From assembly GCA_964106645.2 (NCBI GenBank), contig OZ067048.1: DNA of 64,000 bases, one strand, 5' to 3'. Shown here one piece after another: positions 24,958-38,116 of this stretch. The translations under genes were made by a program, and so were the position numbers. Source of the stretch: Podarcis pityusensis (taxonomy: Eukaryota). Within the stretch, counting starts at the first letter, position 1; each line of letters begins with the position of its first letter. The notes beneath the pieces were generated by a model that was not told the origin of the DNA, did not search any database, and saw only the letters and a program-made list of their open reading frames with translations.

Positions 24958-27380
24958 AGTGGATGGGGAGATGTTTGCAAGTAGAACCCACAAGTGAAAG
25001 AAAGCCTTCTTTACCCAGAAAGGCTCAACACCTTATAGGGGGCCAATGATTCCTTATATGCAGTGCTAGTATCATTGCACTCAACAAATGGGGGGAGGGA
25101 GCTTTTTGCACACAACAGCTTCAAGCACATATGAGGCAGACCTGAGACTGCCTGGTAACTCATTAGGAAAGAACGCATAGGACGTACAACACAATATTGC
25201 AGTGTGATGTGCCTGGGCAAAGTTCCATCGTCAGCCAAGACACTACATTCTCCCTTTATTTACTAATATTATGTTCTACACAACAGACACTCAATATTAT
25301 GTGGCCACTGAGGATGCTCAGTCCTTTTTTAGCAGGGAGACTGCCCCCTTAGAAAGTGTGCACAGGTGTTCCTGCAAACTATGGGTCTCCTCTGAGCATG
25401 CCAATTCCTTCCTCCCGTTTTTCAGCTTCTGTTGTTTTGGACACAGTCCTGCTGGAACTCATCGGCTGAGTTCACCATTAGTGGGAATGATGCTGGAAAA
25501 GGTAACAAACGAAGGCGAGATCCAACTAGCAACAATAACCTTAAAAAAAGAAAGAAAAGCTCAACTCCTGGCCGTGGACTTCCGGAAATATCTGGGAAGA
25601 ACCAGACACTTCACCAGTGCATTGCTGAAACCAACAAGCTGGAGAGGTAATCATCTGTATTTTTAATGAAGATTTTATACTGTTCTGTGCAAACCACTTA
25701 GAAGTTTTTGTTGATTAAATGGGACAAAAGGCTTGCAGGGTTAGGCAGACAGCAAACTCCACCCCCCCCCACCCGCTGGCAGATTTATTAAGCCTTTCAA
25801 GAGCTGACATTTGGGACTGTTGTGCTGCAGCTGGATTAGTGGGTCACAAGATAAGTACGCTTCCTCTGCACAGTCTATATTGCAACTGAAGGAAGAGCAC
25901 ACAAATCACCCCTCTTTAAGCAGGGCAAATCAAAGGATCCTGCAACTGAGTTCAACGCACAAAGCCTGAAACATTTACATCTGTCTGAATCTAGTGCGGA
26001 TGTGAGCAATATTTCAGTGCACATGCGCTCGGCAGAGCAACCGTACATTATACCAGGGGATGAGGAAGGCTGTTGTATCCTATACTTGCTCTGTCTGGCA
26101 GAGGAGGAAACATGCACAACCAGAAAATCCCAAAATGGCAGAATGACATAGACACATCAACACTACACCCCTGTTGGGCAGAGCCAGTGATTATATAACA
26201 CAGAAGCACAGGGAACCGATCCATGCAGGCTATATGCCAAGGACATGTCTGTCACAATGCTACACGCTACAGACATGGAAGACGCACAAAGAGCCCAAAA
26301 GAAACTGTGGCCACAGCAAAGCAAACTCCTTAGTGTGCTATAACAAAGCACAAGCAAGCATTCACCCCTAGAGTGGCTGGTTTGATTCCCAACCCCCCAA
26401 CAAGACATAGGTTTACCTCCTACTCTAATGCAAGAAAGCATAAACAGGCATTCACAAAATCCCATCTTTCAAATCTACACAGGGGAAACATCCTCCTGGT
26501 CCACATTAGTCGTTGTTCACTCAAAGGCTTGCAAGGGCATAAGCAAGACTGGAGAATGGCTAGCAGAGTCGGAGGGACACACAAATGAATGCTCACATTG
26601 TCGCAACTGGCACAAATGCCATCAAGAAGAAAATGCCTGATATTGCCACGAAAGAATCAAGGCAGGGTGGGGGGTGGGGAGCAGGTGTGTGCAAGAGAAA
26701 TGGATTAAGAGCACAGCCACCAAACGGAAGCATCTTCACTAAGTGCCTACTGGACTGGGAATTCTACGGAATGAATTATCCCATAACCAGTGGGGGGAGG
26801 AGGCCAGAAGTGGGAAGGATATATAAAAGTCTTAAGGGCAGCTCGTGTCGGCCAGAGCTGTGAAGGCAATGCATGCTCCATCTCCCAACTGGCAGAGAGA
26901 CGGGAAGCCAGAGAGGAACAAAAATGGTAAAAGGACAACTCAAGCCTGGCCCACCCCACCAGTGCAATGCAACCCAGTCAACAACCTGAGCTACGATTCA
27001 CACAGGAGCGTATCGATGGCTGGGGATGAGAATGATGCACAGCAGGTGGGGCAGGGAGGCTGCATGAACTGGCACATAAGGCAGGTGATAACAGCACACC
27101 TGCCACTAGAGAATGACACAGTATAGCCTCCCCACTCTGTGTTTGGCTGGACAAGCCTTATAGATCTCACAGGCGACAATTACTCTTCTGAAAACAATGG
27201 GATATATGGAGAAAGTTGCTGTTTTAGGTATCCATGGCCTAAACATTTTAGAGCTTTAAGAGTCAATATAAAGACATCAGACTGGGCTTATAAAACACGG
27301 GCACTCACTTCCTTCAAGACACGTGTTGTGTAATATTTACGATTCGCTCCTGATATGAGTCTTACTGCTAGATGTTAGGT

Positions 27381-27566
27381 CAGGGGTAGTCAACCCTTTT
27401 ATACCTACCACCCACTAATGCATCTTTCTTGATGGTAAAATTTCCTTACCGCCCACCAGTGCTCGATGGAAGGAGGATTCTGCTTCTGCTGTAGAACCCC
27501 CTACCGCCCACCTAGAATCCTGAAACGCCCACTAGTGGGCGGTAGGGACAAGGTTGACAACCCTTG
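27381..27566. mobile_element. hAT MITE family C, copy 1
   Basis: CAGGGGTAGTCAACC...GGTTGACAACCCTTG with 8-bp TSD tgttaggt/tgttaggc. Confidence 0.85.
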
Positions 27567-30500
27567 TGTTAGGCGAACATGCTCTTTTCTTATTGGGATA
27601 TCACAAGCACGTTTAGTCTTATATCACATATAAAATGCTTAACATATTTCCTGGGCAGCATGTAACACCAGATGTCAACAGCATCTGGCGAAATGAATGC
27701 TAATGTATGACAAATAAAAAGATTTGTGGCCAGCAAAGCAAACTCGATTAAGATGGAACCTTTTGCTCAGTCAAAAATCCTGGCGTAGCATTTGGTGCTA
27801 TGACTAAAACCAAATCAAATTTTGGCATTAATTCCAGCAATTTTGGTCAATATATTAATTTTTTTTAATTACAGATTTATTTTGAAGGAATGTGCAGAAG
27901 TTATTGTGTGGCTTAGCTGTTCTTGGCTGACTCATTTGTATCTATAACCAGTGCTATTTTTCTAGAAAAATAGGTGCCAGAATGCACCATGAACAACTCC
28001 CTTGTTCTCTTATAATGGCAATGGCGCCCACCTGAGAGGTTCTGGAACTGAGTTCCAGATGAAAAAAAAGCCCTACCTATAAGCTGCCTCCTTGCCATCT
28101 GAAGATAAGGTAGGAAAACCAGCACAAAGAGCTGAAAGAATCCATAGGGTTCAAAGCATGCAATAAAGAAGCCACACTGTTCATCAGGGATGCCATGGTT
28201 CTCATACCAATGATGGCTGCAGAAAGATTCCACACATTCACTGAATCAATGGCTAAGTACTTGAGGCAGGACATAAATGGACTTGACAAGACTAATTCTG
28301 TAACTGGAGCTTAAGACAACAGTAGCATTTGCAGAGGGAGAGCATATCCCTTCTGATATAAATATTGACATGGGGAATGTTGGTATGCCCTTCTTCAGAC
28401 ACACTGAACAAAGCAGGAGTAATAACCATGTGGCATCAACCGGGACTGTTAGCAGCAGCTGTTCCACCCACAATCTGGACTGTATTTTACCCTCGGCAGA
28501 GCAACGCAGCGTAAGATAGGTATGTTATGCTTCCTCCTTGTTCAGAGAACACTTGGGAGGCTATCATTAGTACTTTGTGCCATCCTCACATAGATTTAGT
28601 CAAGCTGATCCTATTGTCTCGGGGGCTTTTGGCGCCTCGTTTATGACCCTTTTCTTAAGCTCAGCCAACACACTTATGAATCTCGTTTTGTTGGGTCATC
28701 TGGCCAAGGACTGACAACCAGTTGGGGGGATACAGCGCAGACGTGACCTTTCTAGGCAACAAGTTGCCCACAAGGAGAGAGTGAATTTTGCAACCATCAG
28801 CAGCTTAGAATCCTTGGTTGCTGAAAGTTACCTGATACCCCAGGAGAGGATTCTAGACCACAGTGGGAGAAATCTAACTTGATACTCCCGTCGCTCCCTT
28901 CTCTAGCTAAGACCAGAACAGGGAGAAGAAAGTCAGTACCTACTATTTACGTGTTCTGATTCAAGACAAATGGTACTTTGTGGATCCATCTAAGCATGTT
29001 TAATTAAGCATTCAAAAGATGCAATGAGGATTGTGAAAATGTCAGCTGCAAACATCAAGTTCTAAAAACGTAGCCCTTTTGGAAGATTAACTTTTTCTTA
29101 CTGTTAATGGTGGTCTTGATTTTAGACTGCTGCATGCAAGGAAAAACCAACAGTAACCCGAGCTGGAAGGCAGAATACCTAGTAGCAAGTATAAAAATCA
29201 TACTAACTTGCTGAAATGAGCTTTCCCATCCCCGCATCCGGCCAGCAATGAAAATCGCTTAGAAGTGTTTCAGCCAGAAGAGCTTAATTATGGAATGTGC
29301 CTGGCAAACTTTCAGAAATATGGTACCATTAAACAAGAAAAAGAAAAGCAAGTGTTGGTCTGTTTTAATACACAAATATACATAAGATGCCTCATGGTTA
29401 TACAATATTTGTTTAGGAATTTGTCCAATATCCAGGGGGGAAGGTAACACCAGTAACAGGTTATAAGATAAGCCTTTCCCTCACACCATCACAGTACAGT
29501 GCCTATGTATATTTATGGGGCACAAAAATGAAAAATAAGACATCAAAAGAGAGCAAACATTTTGAATGGCAATGAGTCTGTGAATTATTCTTTATAAAAT
29601 AATTATAGAAGGGTAGGCCTGAAACAAGATGTTCATCCTTCCATTCACTGAGCCATACCCCAAGATATTCCATTCTATTTCCCATCAAACTTGACTTTCT
29701 CTTCCCCATATCCCTAAGCAGTCACTCTGTACTCATTTGCTTGTTTGGAGGTTGGTGGGTTTTTAATAAAAACTCCCTTAGGGTCTCCCCCCCCAATAAA
29801 CATTGTTTCTTCCATCTGCAATCCTTTAGATTCTTCCTAAACCTGCCGATATCTCCTTCTTGCATGTGGCCAGTGGCAGTTTGGCTACATAAAAAATGGC
29901 GCTCACACTCTGAACATTGGAAATAGAGGGAATAATTGTGCTCAATAGCAACCTTCCTGGAGTTAATAGAAAAAAATCCATGCAGGGAAATCTGAATTTC
30001 AAATGAGCCCTCAAAAAAGATCAGCGTTATTTGGAGTAGCGATGTATGCATAAAGCAAAAAATAAATAAAATGGCACAATACAAGGAGGAGTCACATGAA
30101 ACTTAGCTCAAAGTAATCATACACACAGTTTGACTGTCAGTACAACTTATTTAAATGAGAGGGATTTAAGTACTGTACATGCTTAACTGTTCTACTGACA
30201 TAAATCAGACCGAAAAGTGCTCACTGATTTCAAGATATAAAGATCACAATCTGGCAGAGTCATTGATTTCAATTAGAACTAAATGCTCACAAGTGAACTG
30301 GATTATGACTACAATCCTGTGAATGAACATGTTTTATCCTATGGCCCAGTTCAGATGTCACATTGCAATCCTAGCTTGGGATACCTTTCATTGTCTACCT
30401 TATTCTTCATCTCCAGGTTTCTTTTACCCACGTTACCATGATGTCTGCAAACTATGCTTAACATAAACTTAAAAACCTTTATTTGAAAGCATGCAAGTCA

Positions 30501-33500
30501 TGCTTCAGAGAAGAGCGCTAACAAAAACCGCCAGGTTCACAACCATGCTGATTTCAATCCTACAGTTTGCCCTTGAGCACAGATTTTTTCTTTCACAAAT
30601 TGCCAGTTGTTGGTGGGGCAAATCGGATCAGGAGCGTGGCACAGGGGTAGGAGTTTTAAACTCTCACTGTAGTCCCAAAACAGATCAGGGAGTCCAATTC
30701 CGCCCAAGGAAAAGGGGCCTGACACCCCCCCCCCCATGCAAGCTGCAGCATGCAGGTCCTGAGTCATATGGGACCACAGCAGAGAGCAAAGGCTTAAAAC
30801 CTTCTACAACCCCAACCACCCCACTTAACCTGGAGTTATGATCCACATCAGGGCCCACCGACATGCTGTGAATTTGTAAACAGCTGGAAATGGAAGTGAG
30901 ATTGGCAAAAGAGGAAGAGGGAGAGTAGGGTAAGACGCATAAGTCTGTAATACATTCCCAATCCTCCAAACTATGATTCGGATCATCATCTGAATTAAAT
31001 CTGTAACTTATACAATTGTGTGTTACACACACATACATTGTTTTATGTATATATGTATGTGTGTGTGTATTGGATATTCAGTGCTTCAATTATTTTTAAG
31101 CTGTACGTAAGCAATAATTAATATAACCAAGATATAGACACACCTAGCTTTATAATAATTGTATAGTTACCCACCCACCTACTCTGTGACAAGCACACAA
31201 GCCCTATATCTTCAGTATGACATAAGATAATCAAATAAATCAGAAAACACCAGTTATTTCCTTAAACCATTCATTAGACACCACACCTACAGTTCTAAAG
31301 TGGTTATTCAAAATTATAGTGCACAGGTCTTCCAGTTCTTTGCCATTTCCTCTCTACAAAATATTAACTGCATAAATCTTGCTTCACCGTTCTCATGGCC
31401 ATTATACAGGTGTTGTAAATTTTATAATTCATTGTTTTACTGTCTCATGTTGCAGCAGAGGCAAGACTACTATGCTCCTTAATGACAGCAGCAGGAATTC
31501 TGCATTTCTTTGCTTTCTTGATATTTACCTTCTCCTAATTGCATCACTTATGTGGCGTTAATAGCATCCCTGCTACTAAATTTTATGGTTTTACAAAGGA
31601 CTGGTATAAATGACACCATTTTGAGATAATACATTATCTCATTAATCCATTATCTGTATTAAGTATTATTCCGCATAGAAACAGGCTATCAGTTGAGACA
31701 TTCTTTACACCTCAGTCTCTCATTCTTATCACAAATACTCTCTAGCTAGGTTGTCTAGTGATGCTGAATTTCTCCACAATCAGCAGGCAAGCAATTACTA
31801 AAGCACAAGGTTATCCAGCAATTCCCTTCCCTATGCCAAAGATGTCTCCAACGTCTATTCACAAGCCCCTTCTTAATGGTAAGGAAAACATTCCTGATTG
31901 CAGGTCCAGCTAAGATTACTACTTTCCTACTTGATGGTTTAGAAATAAATTCTTCATTACTTGTCCCTTATTTAATCAACTTTAGTTTGGGGTGGTGGGA
32001 GATGTTGAATTTCCGGTTTCTTCCAAAAGAGCATATTAAAGGAAACAAGGAGGTGGGGGATAACAGAAAGGCCACTGAATCTTCTTGTGAGCATTCCCTT
32101 GTTGCGAGTGCTTTTTGGCAACTTTTTACCCAAACCTGAAGTGGCACCCATAAAAGCTGCCACGTGAAACTCTGGCTATATGTGCAGTTCACGCGCATTC
32201 ACATGTGTCCCTTTGTTGGATCGTGGCCAAACGCTCTGGGAACTATCCAACTAAGTCCTACTTAAAAGGATACCCTATGAAATCAGTAGATCAAATCTGA
32301 GCTTGACTAATTTTGGATATCACCCTCTGGCTTTACTGCAAAGCAGTTCCTAACGCTGAATAAAATTATTTAGTGTATCTCTTGGGCAGGAGAAGATAAG
32401 ACTGCTTTATATTTCAGACCCTATAAAGTAATATGTTCCACCTTCTACAATTCTCCATTGTCCCATTCCCATTTATATTTATATTACACGTCATTACTTG
32501 TGTTATTCTTTACTTACACGATGAAATCCATAATTTATTACCATAAAATATCAGTCATGCTCTATTACGAAAAGTATTTAATATACAGTTTCAGTTAGAT
32601 ACATTATGCATCAAAATATTATGACTAATTGTTACGGACTATTTTTATGTACAGCTAAATGAATGCTCCATTTCACTTTCAGGGATACTTTTCCCAACAC
32701 AATGTGACTGATTACACATAGCATGAAGATAGTAATTTGATCACCCTGCAGTGTTAAGAGCTAAATCTTACTAAAACTAAAACAACAGCATAACGGTTTG
32801 GGCTATTGTGCTGAAAGATAATGGGAGTGGTTGGGAGGTCATGATGGCAGAAAGGATTTGGGGCAAATTCTCAGTTTCTATAGGGAGCATAGCTGCGCAA
32901 GAACCAGCCAAACAACTCCAATGTTAGAAATAGAGATAGAAAAGCTATCTGCCACATGGCTGCTGGAACCGAGGTTATGAGCACTAAAAGAGAATGGCTA
33001 GTCGTCTCCCTCTCAGTTTAGCGGCACTTTCTATTATTATTATTATTATTATTAATTATTTTAACACATGAACTAATACACAATTCACATCAGTGACACA
33101 GTGTTAACGTCACATTTTTAATAGCAATTCTTAGACACCACAAACATAAATGAGGCACAGCCCCTGCAATAGTGGCCCAAACCGCAAGTCATTTGAATAA
33201 GTAATATTTACAAATACGTGGGTGTGTGTTATGTAAAATATTGTGCTAGATTTGAACTTACATGTTTGGGGTGGGGAGGGGAGGCAAAGTAGCACTTTGG
33301 AAGGCAGCAGCCAGCGATCTTACTTTAGAGTCGGTTCTCCTCCTGCAAGATTAAAATCTTGAATCTCAAGTCTCTGTGCATGGCACCAAGATTTCTCAAA
33401 TCAGACTATTCCTACTCGCAAAGTGCGCCTGGCTGATTTTGAGCGCTGGCTGAGACTTGCTGCTTTTGGAGTGGCAGTAATTATTTGAATTATGATACCC

Positions 33501-33677
33501 CAGGCAGCAGCCTAGTCCTTATGTATGATTGAACCTTACTGTCTACATTAAAACCTAAACCAGGAAGGGGAGACCTCAGGCGCAGGGGCCAAATGCAGCC
33601 CTCCATAACTCTCTGTCTGGTCCCTGGGATTCTCCCTAGGCATCGCACACCCCTAGGCTTTACACCCTCCTTGAACG

Positions 33678-33912
33678 AATCATAGAGAGTTGGAAGGGAC
33701 CCAAGGGTCATCTACTCCAACCCCCTGCAATGCAGGAATCTCAGCTAAAACATCCATGTCAGATGGCCACCCAACCTCTGTTTAAAATCGTCCAAGGAAG
33801 GAGAGTCCACCACCTCTCGTGGGAGTCTGTTCCATTCCCAAACAGCTCTTACTGTCAAAAGGTTTTTCCGAACATTTAGTCAGAATCTCCTTTCTTGTAA
33901 ATTGAAATCATT
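33678..33912 (-). mobile_element. CR1 LINE 3' fragment
   Basis: Reverse complement of the CR1 3'UTR (gggttgga..agatgaccc..ggtcccttccaactct..tatgatt) plus the ORF2 tail. Confidence 0.8.
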
Positions 33913-33914
33913 GC

Positions 33915-34032
33915 TCATAGAATTGTAGAGTTGGAAGGGACCATAAGGGTCATCTAGTCCAACCCCCTGCAACGCAGAAATCTTTTCCCCCAATATGGGA
34001 CTCGAACCCAGAGATTAAGAGTCTCACACTGA
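33915..34032 (-). mobile_element. SINE: tRNA-Lys(CTT)-derived head (5' truncated) plus CR1 3' tail
   Basis: Minus strand TGAGACTCTTAATCTC..TGGGTTCGAGTCCCATATTGGG matches the tRNA-Lys anticodon and T arms. The CR1 tail is the same as at 22878. Confidence 0.78.
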
Positions 34033-34556
34033 ATGCTTTTGTGTGTGTCATCAAACTGTGACAATGCCTCTCGCTTGCCTGGATGAAAAGTGTGGAGTGC
34101 ATTTGTGCAGAAACATCTGGCCTTGTGCAGCTGGAATGCAATCTACTGTACAGAGGCAATAGTCCTACCCACTGTTCTGCTCATTCTGCATGACCACATC
34201 CGCTTTCGCCTCTGGCCCTGCCCATCCCTGGCCTGCGGGCCACAGCAGATTGCTCACAAGAGAATAGGGCTGCCAGGCTGAAAAGACATCCCCATGCATT
34301 ACCAAGCTTTATTTGGTAATGGAGTCGGAGAAAGCTATTGAAAAGCTTTGACACGAGAATAACTACTAATAGAATAATATATGTGATTGTTATTTATATT
34401 ACCTGGCTGAATAATTACCAGATGAATAATTAACTCAAGCCAGTTTGTCCACGACATTAAAAAAAATGTGCAGCAACCCATGAAGCCAGAACAATATAGG
34501 CATGGCAGCACGGCACGTGCAAACAAATGCAGAGGCATGTCACACAAAACTGCGCT

Positions 34557-34895
34557 AATAATAATAATAATAATAATAATAACTTATTATTTGTACCCCG
34601 CCCATCTGGCTGGGTTTCCCCAGCCACTCTGGGCAGCTTCCACAAAGACCAAAAATACACTAAGATGTCACACATTAAAAACTTCCCTGAACAGGGCTGC
34701 CTTCAGATGTCTTCTGAATGTCAGGTAGTTGTTTATCGCTTTGACATCTGATGGGAGGGTGTTCCAAAGGGCGGGCGCCACTACCGAGAAGGCCCTCTGC
34801 CTGGTTCCCTGTAGCTTTGCTTCTCACAATGAGGGAACCACCAGAAGGCCCTCAGCGCTGGACCTCAGCGTCCGGGCAGAACGATGGGGGTGGAG
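34557..34895 (-). mobile_element. L2-clade LINE 3' fragment with (AAT)n tail
   Basis: Same family as 14505-14998, reverse orientation. Confidence 0.8.
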
Positions 34896-35301
34896 ATATG
34901 CAACACCACATCACATGCAAAGACAAAGGAAACTCCAGGAGCATGCAACGGGCAAAGAAACGATATGAAAGCATGCAGCAAGACATCTCCTAGCTCTGGT
35001 GATGGCCATTTTAATTTGGGGAAACAAACTCCACCTCAGAAGCTGCAGCCTGCCAAACTAGACATGGTTTCCACAACTTCAATCAAATGGCTTGTTTTAA
35101 ACGGGAAGTCTGAAACGCCACACAAACTAACAGGTCTTCGTAAAACAAGCTGAGGGGACACCGTTGTAATCTCCTTAAAATGTTAACCGAATCTGAACCA
35201 CCAACAGGACAAAGCATAAGATATGCTAGGGTGGGTAGGCGAGACGCAAAAATGGTTGCTGGCGTTGGGCACATGTACCTCTGTTCAACTTTTTAACTAT
35301 T

Positions 35302-35702
35302 TCCTCAAACTTTTTTAGATTTAAGTTGACCCTGTTCTTCTTTCAATAACGCTTTATAGGTTGTCCATTTCCCCTCCATGTTCTTTTTCTTTACCAAGAT
35401 GGCCTCTAATGGTGAGAGCCACCACGGTGTTTTAGGTTACAAGAGGCTTTTATATTTTTCCCATACCTTGTATAAGGATTTTCAGATTATATGATTTAAG
35501 AATCTTCTGTTGACTTTTACCTTATTACAACACAGATATGAGGGCCAACTGTAATGGTTGTCCCATCCTTCAAGATCAAGTATATCTGTATAATTTAGTA
35601 CCATCCATTCTTTAATCCAGCACAGACATGCGGCTTCAAAGTACAACTTGAGGTTCGGCATGGCAAAACCACCCCTTTCCTTTAACCCCGTTAGTAATTT
35701 AT
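35302..35702 (-). mobile_element. Internal L1 ORF2 fragment flanked by a 31-bp direct repeat
   Basis: Translation KERGGFAMPNLKLYFEAACLCWIKEW is the typical post-RT L1 motif. ACATGTACCTCTGTTCAACTTTTTAACTATT occurs at 35271-35301 and 35703-35733. Confidence 0.8.
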
Positions 35703-36168
35703 ACATGTACCTCTGTTCAACTTTTTAACTATTAATCATCTTTCCTGAGAACTTATTTTGAAAAACGATTGTCAGATCATGCCCTTTACAAGACAGATTC
35801 TTCCCATGCTGAATTTCCTGTCTTTAATGGCTCGCTTTGCAGGTGCTACTAAGCCAAACAACAGTTTAGTCTAAACATGTGCGCTCCTGGAGAGGAGACT
35901 GCCGCTTTGCTCCCACCCCTGCCAGTCCTGTTGCTGCAACCTAAGCCATGGTTTGGCTTAGCATGTCCCCATCTGTCCCAGGGCTTGTTGTTGTTGTTTG
36001 TCTCCCCCAGACAAACCAGCAATCCTTGGTTACAGCTCGTGGTGTCTGACACAAGACAAAGCACAAGTTCAGACAACAAACCATGGCTTGCTCACAGCAA
36101 TGCAGTAGCAAGACCAAAGAAAGAAACATGCACACTCTTACATTTGCACCGGGTAATAGCACAATATA

Positions 36169-36521
36169 GGGACGCGGGTGGTGCTGTGGGTTAAACCACA
36201 GAGCCTAGGACTTGCCGATCAGAAGGTCGGCGGTTCGAATCCCCACAACGGGGTGAGCTCCTGTTGCTCGGTCCCTGCTCTGGTCAACCTAGCAGTTCAA
36301 ATGCACATCAAAGTGCAAGTAGATAAATAGGTACTGCTCCAGCGGGAAGGAAACGGCGTTTCCACGCGCTGCTCTGGTTTGCCAGAAGCGGCTTAGTCAT
36401 GCTGGCCACATGACCCGGAAGCTGTACGCCGGCTCCCTCGGCCAATAAAGCGAGATGAGCGTCGCAACCCCAGAGTCAGCCACGACTGGACCTAATGGTC
36501 AGGGATCCCTTTACCTTTACC
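36169..36521 (+). mobile_element. Sauria SINE, full length
   Basis: GGGACGCGGGTGG head, GGTTCGAATCC B box, tttacc tail, 13-bp TSD TAATAGCACAATA. Confidence 0.93.
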
Positions 36522-36561
36522 TAATAGCACAATAAATAGGATTTTAATGCTTTATCGTATA

Positions 36562-36770
36562 CAGTCATACCCTGGTTTTCAAATAGCTTAGTTCTCGAAC
36601 GGTTTGGCTCCCTAACATCGCAAATAGTTCCGGGTTGCGAACTATTTTTGGAAACCGAACGTCCGAAGGGGCTTCTGATTGGCTGCAGGAGCCGTGCTTT
36701 GGTTTCTGAACGTTTTGGAAGTCGAATGGACTTCTGGAGCAGATTCCATTCGGTTTCCAAAGTACGACTG
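36562..36770. mobile_element. Tigger/mariner-like MITE
   Basis: TA|CAGTCATACC...AGTACGACTG|TA. Confidence 0.75.
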
Positions 36771-37757
36771 TATACCAATGGCGAACGCAGGTGATGGCAC
36801 CACCCCAAAATTAGGTAGTGTTTGCACATGCTTGTGGGACTCTTTATGGTAGATATGATTGGCAGAAATATAAATTGAAGGTTTTAGGCAGTCAGTATTT
36901 TTTCCATCTGGCTATCAATGTTTCTTAATTTTTTAACTTCTCAACTTCCTCTGGCTGTTCAAATTCTGTTTTGACATGTTAATTTGTTTTAGTTATTTTA
37001 CCTGTTTCGACTGTTATTGTAAACTGCTGCGAGGGCTGGAAGGCAGTGTGGAAATGTGCTTGTGAATCAATATTTAAATCTGTGAATGAAAATGTTTTAA
37101 AAAAATGAAACATACAAAGCATTGACGTGCTAGCCGAGAAAAATAAAACTGGGGTGCTGGAAGTTGGGGGATTAGCTACTCAAGGTCCTAAGAAATAGGT
37201 GAGGAACTCCCAGTTCTGAACAGCCCCAGCCACATGGCCAATGGTCAGGAATCATGAACATTGTAGTTCTCAGCATTATTTGGTCTGACATGCTTGGCAT
37301 CTCTGCCCTAGCAACTTATGGTAAGAACCTTAGAGGGAAGTATTATTACCAGTGTGGAGATACATGCTGCAGGTATAAATAATTCTTTTCCGTGCAATAT
37401 GCAGGGATATTTCAATTGAAAGGAAAGGGGAAAATGCACATTTCCCCTTTCCCATTCTGCAGGCCACTAGCTTTACAACACATAGGCTGGCAGCCACAGC
37501 ACTATAGGAAAGCTGGGAAAGGCGGGGTAGAGGAAAGAAAAAGGCATGGTTTATCCCTTCCCCTCTTGAACACCCCCCCCCAGGCCTAAATAAGGCCACA
37601 AGACTCCAGTTCTAGCCTAACTTGAGCCCAGACCAGAGATACTCCTATTACGAGCTAGAACTACTCTGCAACATGTTGCTGTAGTTCCCGGTTGTAATAA
37701 GAAAATACTGAAACGGCCATCAACTATAACTGCAGAACTGCTTCCATTAGTCTATAA

Positions 37758-38116
37758 AGGTAAAGGTACCTCTGCCCGTACGGGCCAGTCTTGACAGACT
37801 CTAGGGTTGTGCGCTCATCTCATTTAAGAGGCCGGGGGCCAGCGCTGTCCGGAAACACTTCCGGCTCACGTGGCCAGCGTGACAAGCTGCATCTGGTGAG
37901 CCAGCACCAGCGCAGCACACGGAAACACCATTTACCTTCCCGCTATAAAGCGGTACCTATTTATCTACTTGCATTTAGGGGTGCTTTCGAACTGCTAGGT
38001 GGGCAGGAGCTGGGACCGAACGACGGGAGCTCACCCCGCCGCGGGGATTCGAACCACCGACCTTACGATCAGCAAGTCCTAGGCACTGAGGTTTTACCCA
38101 CAGCGCCACCCACATC
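37758..38116 (-). mobile_element. Sauria SINE of a distinct subfamily
   Basis: 17-bp TSD CTTCCATTAGTCTATAA (37741-37757 / 38117-38133). The 3' region has diverged from the other copies. Confidence 0.92.

Noticed and set aside
26991-27179. RSIRLVQP resembling a Penelope GIY-YIG motif
   Set aside because: The match is too short and the flanking motifs (SAVAEH, GQT) are absent.
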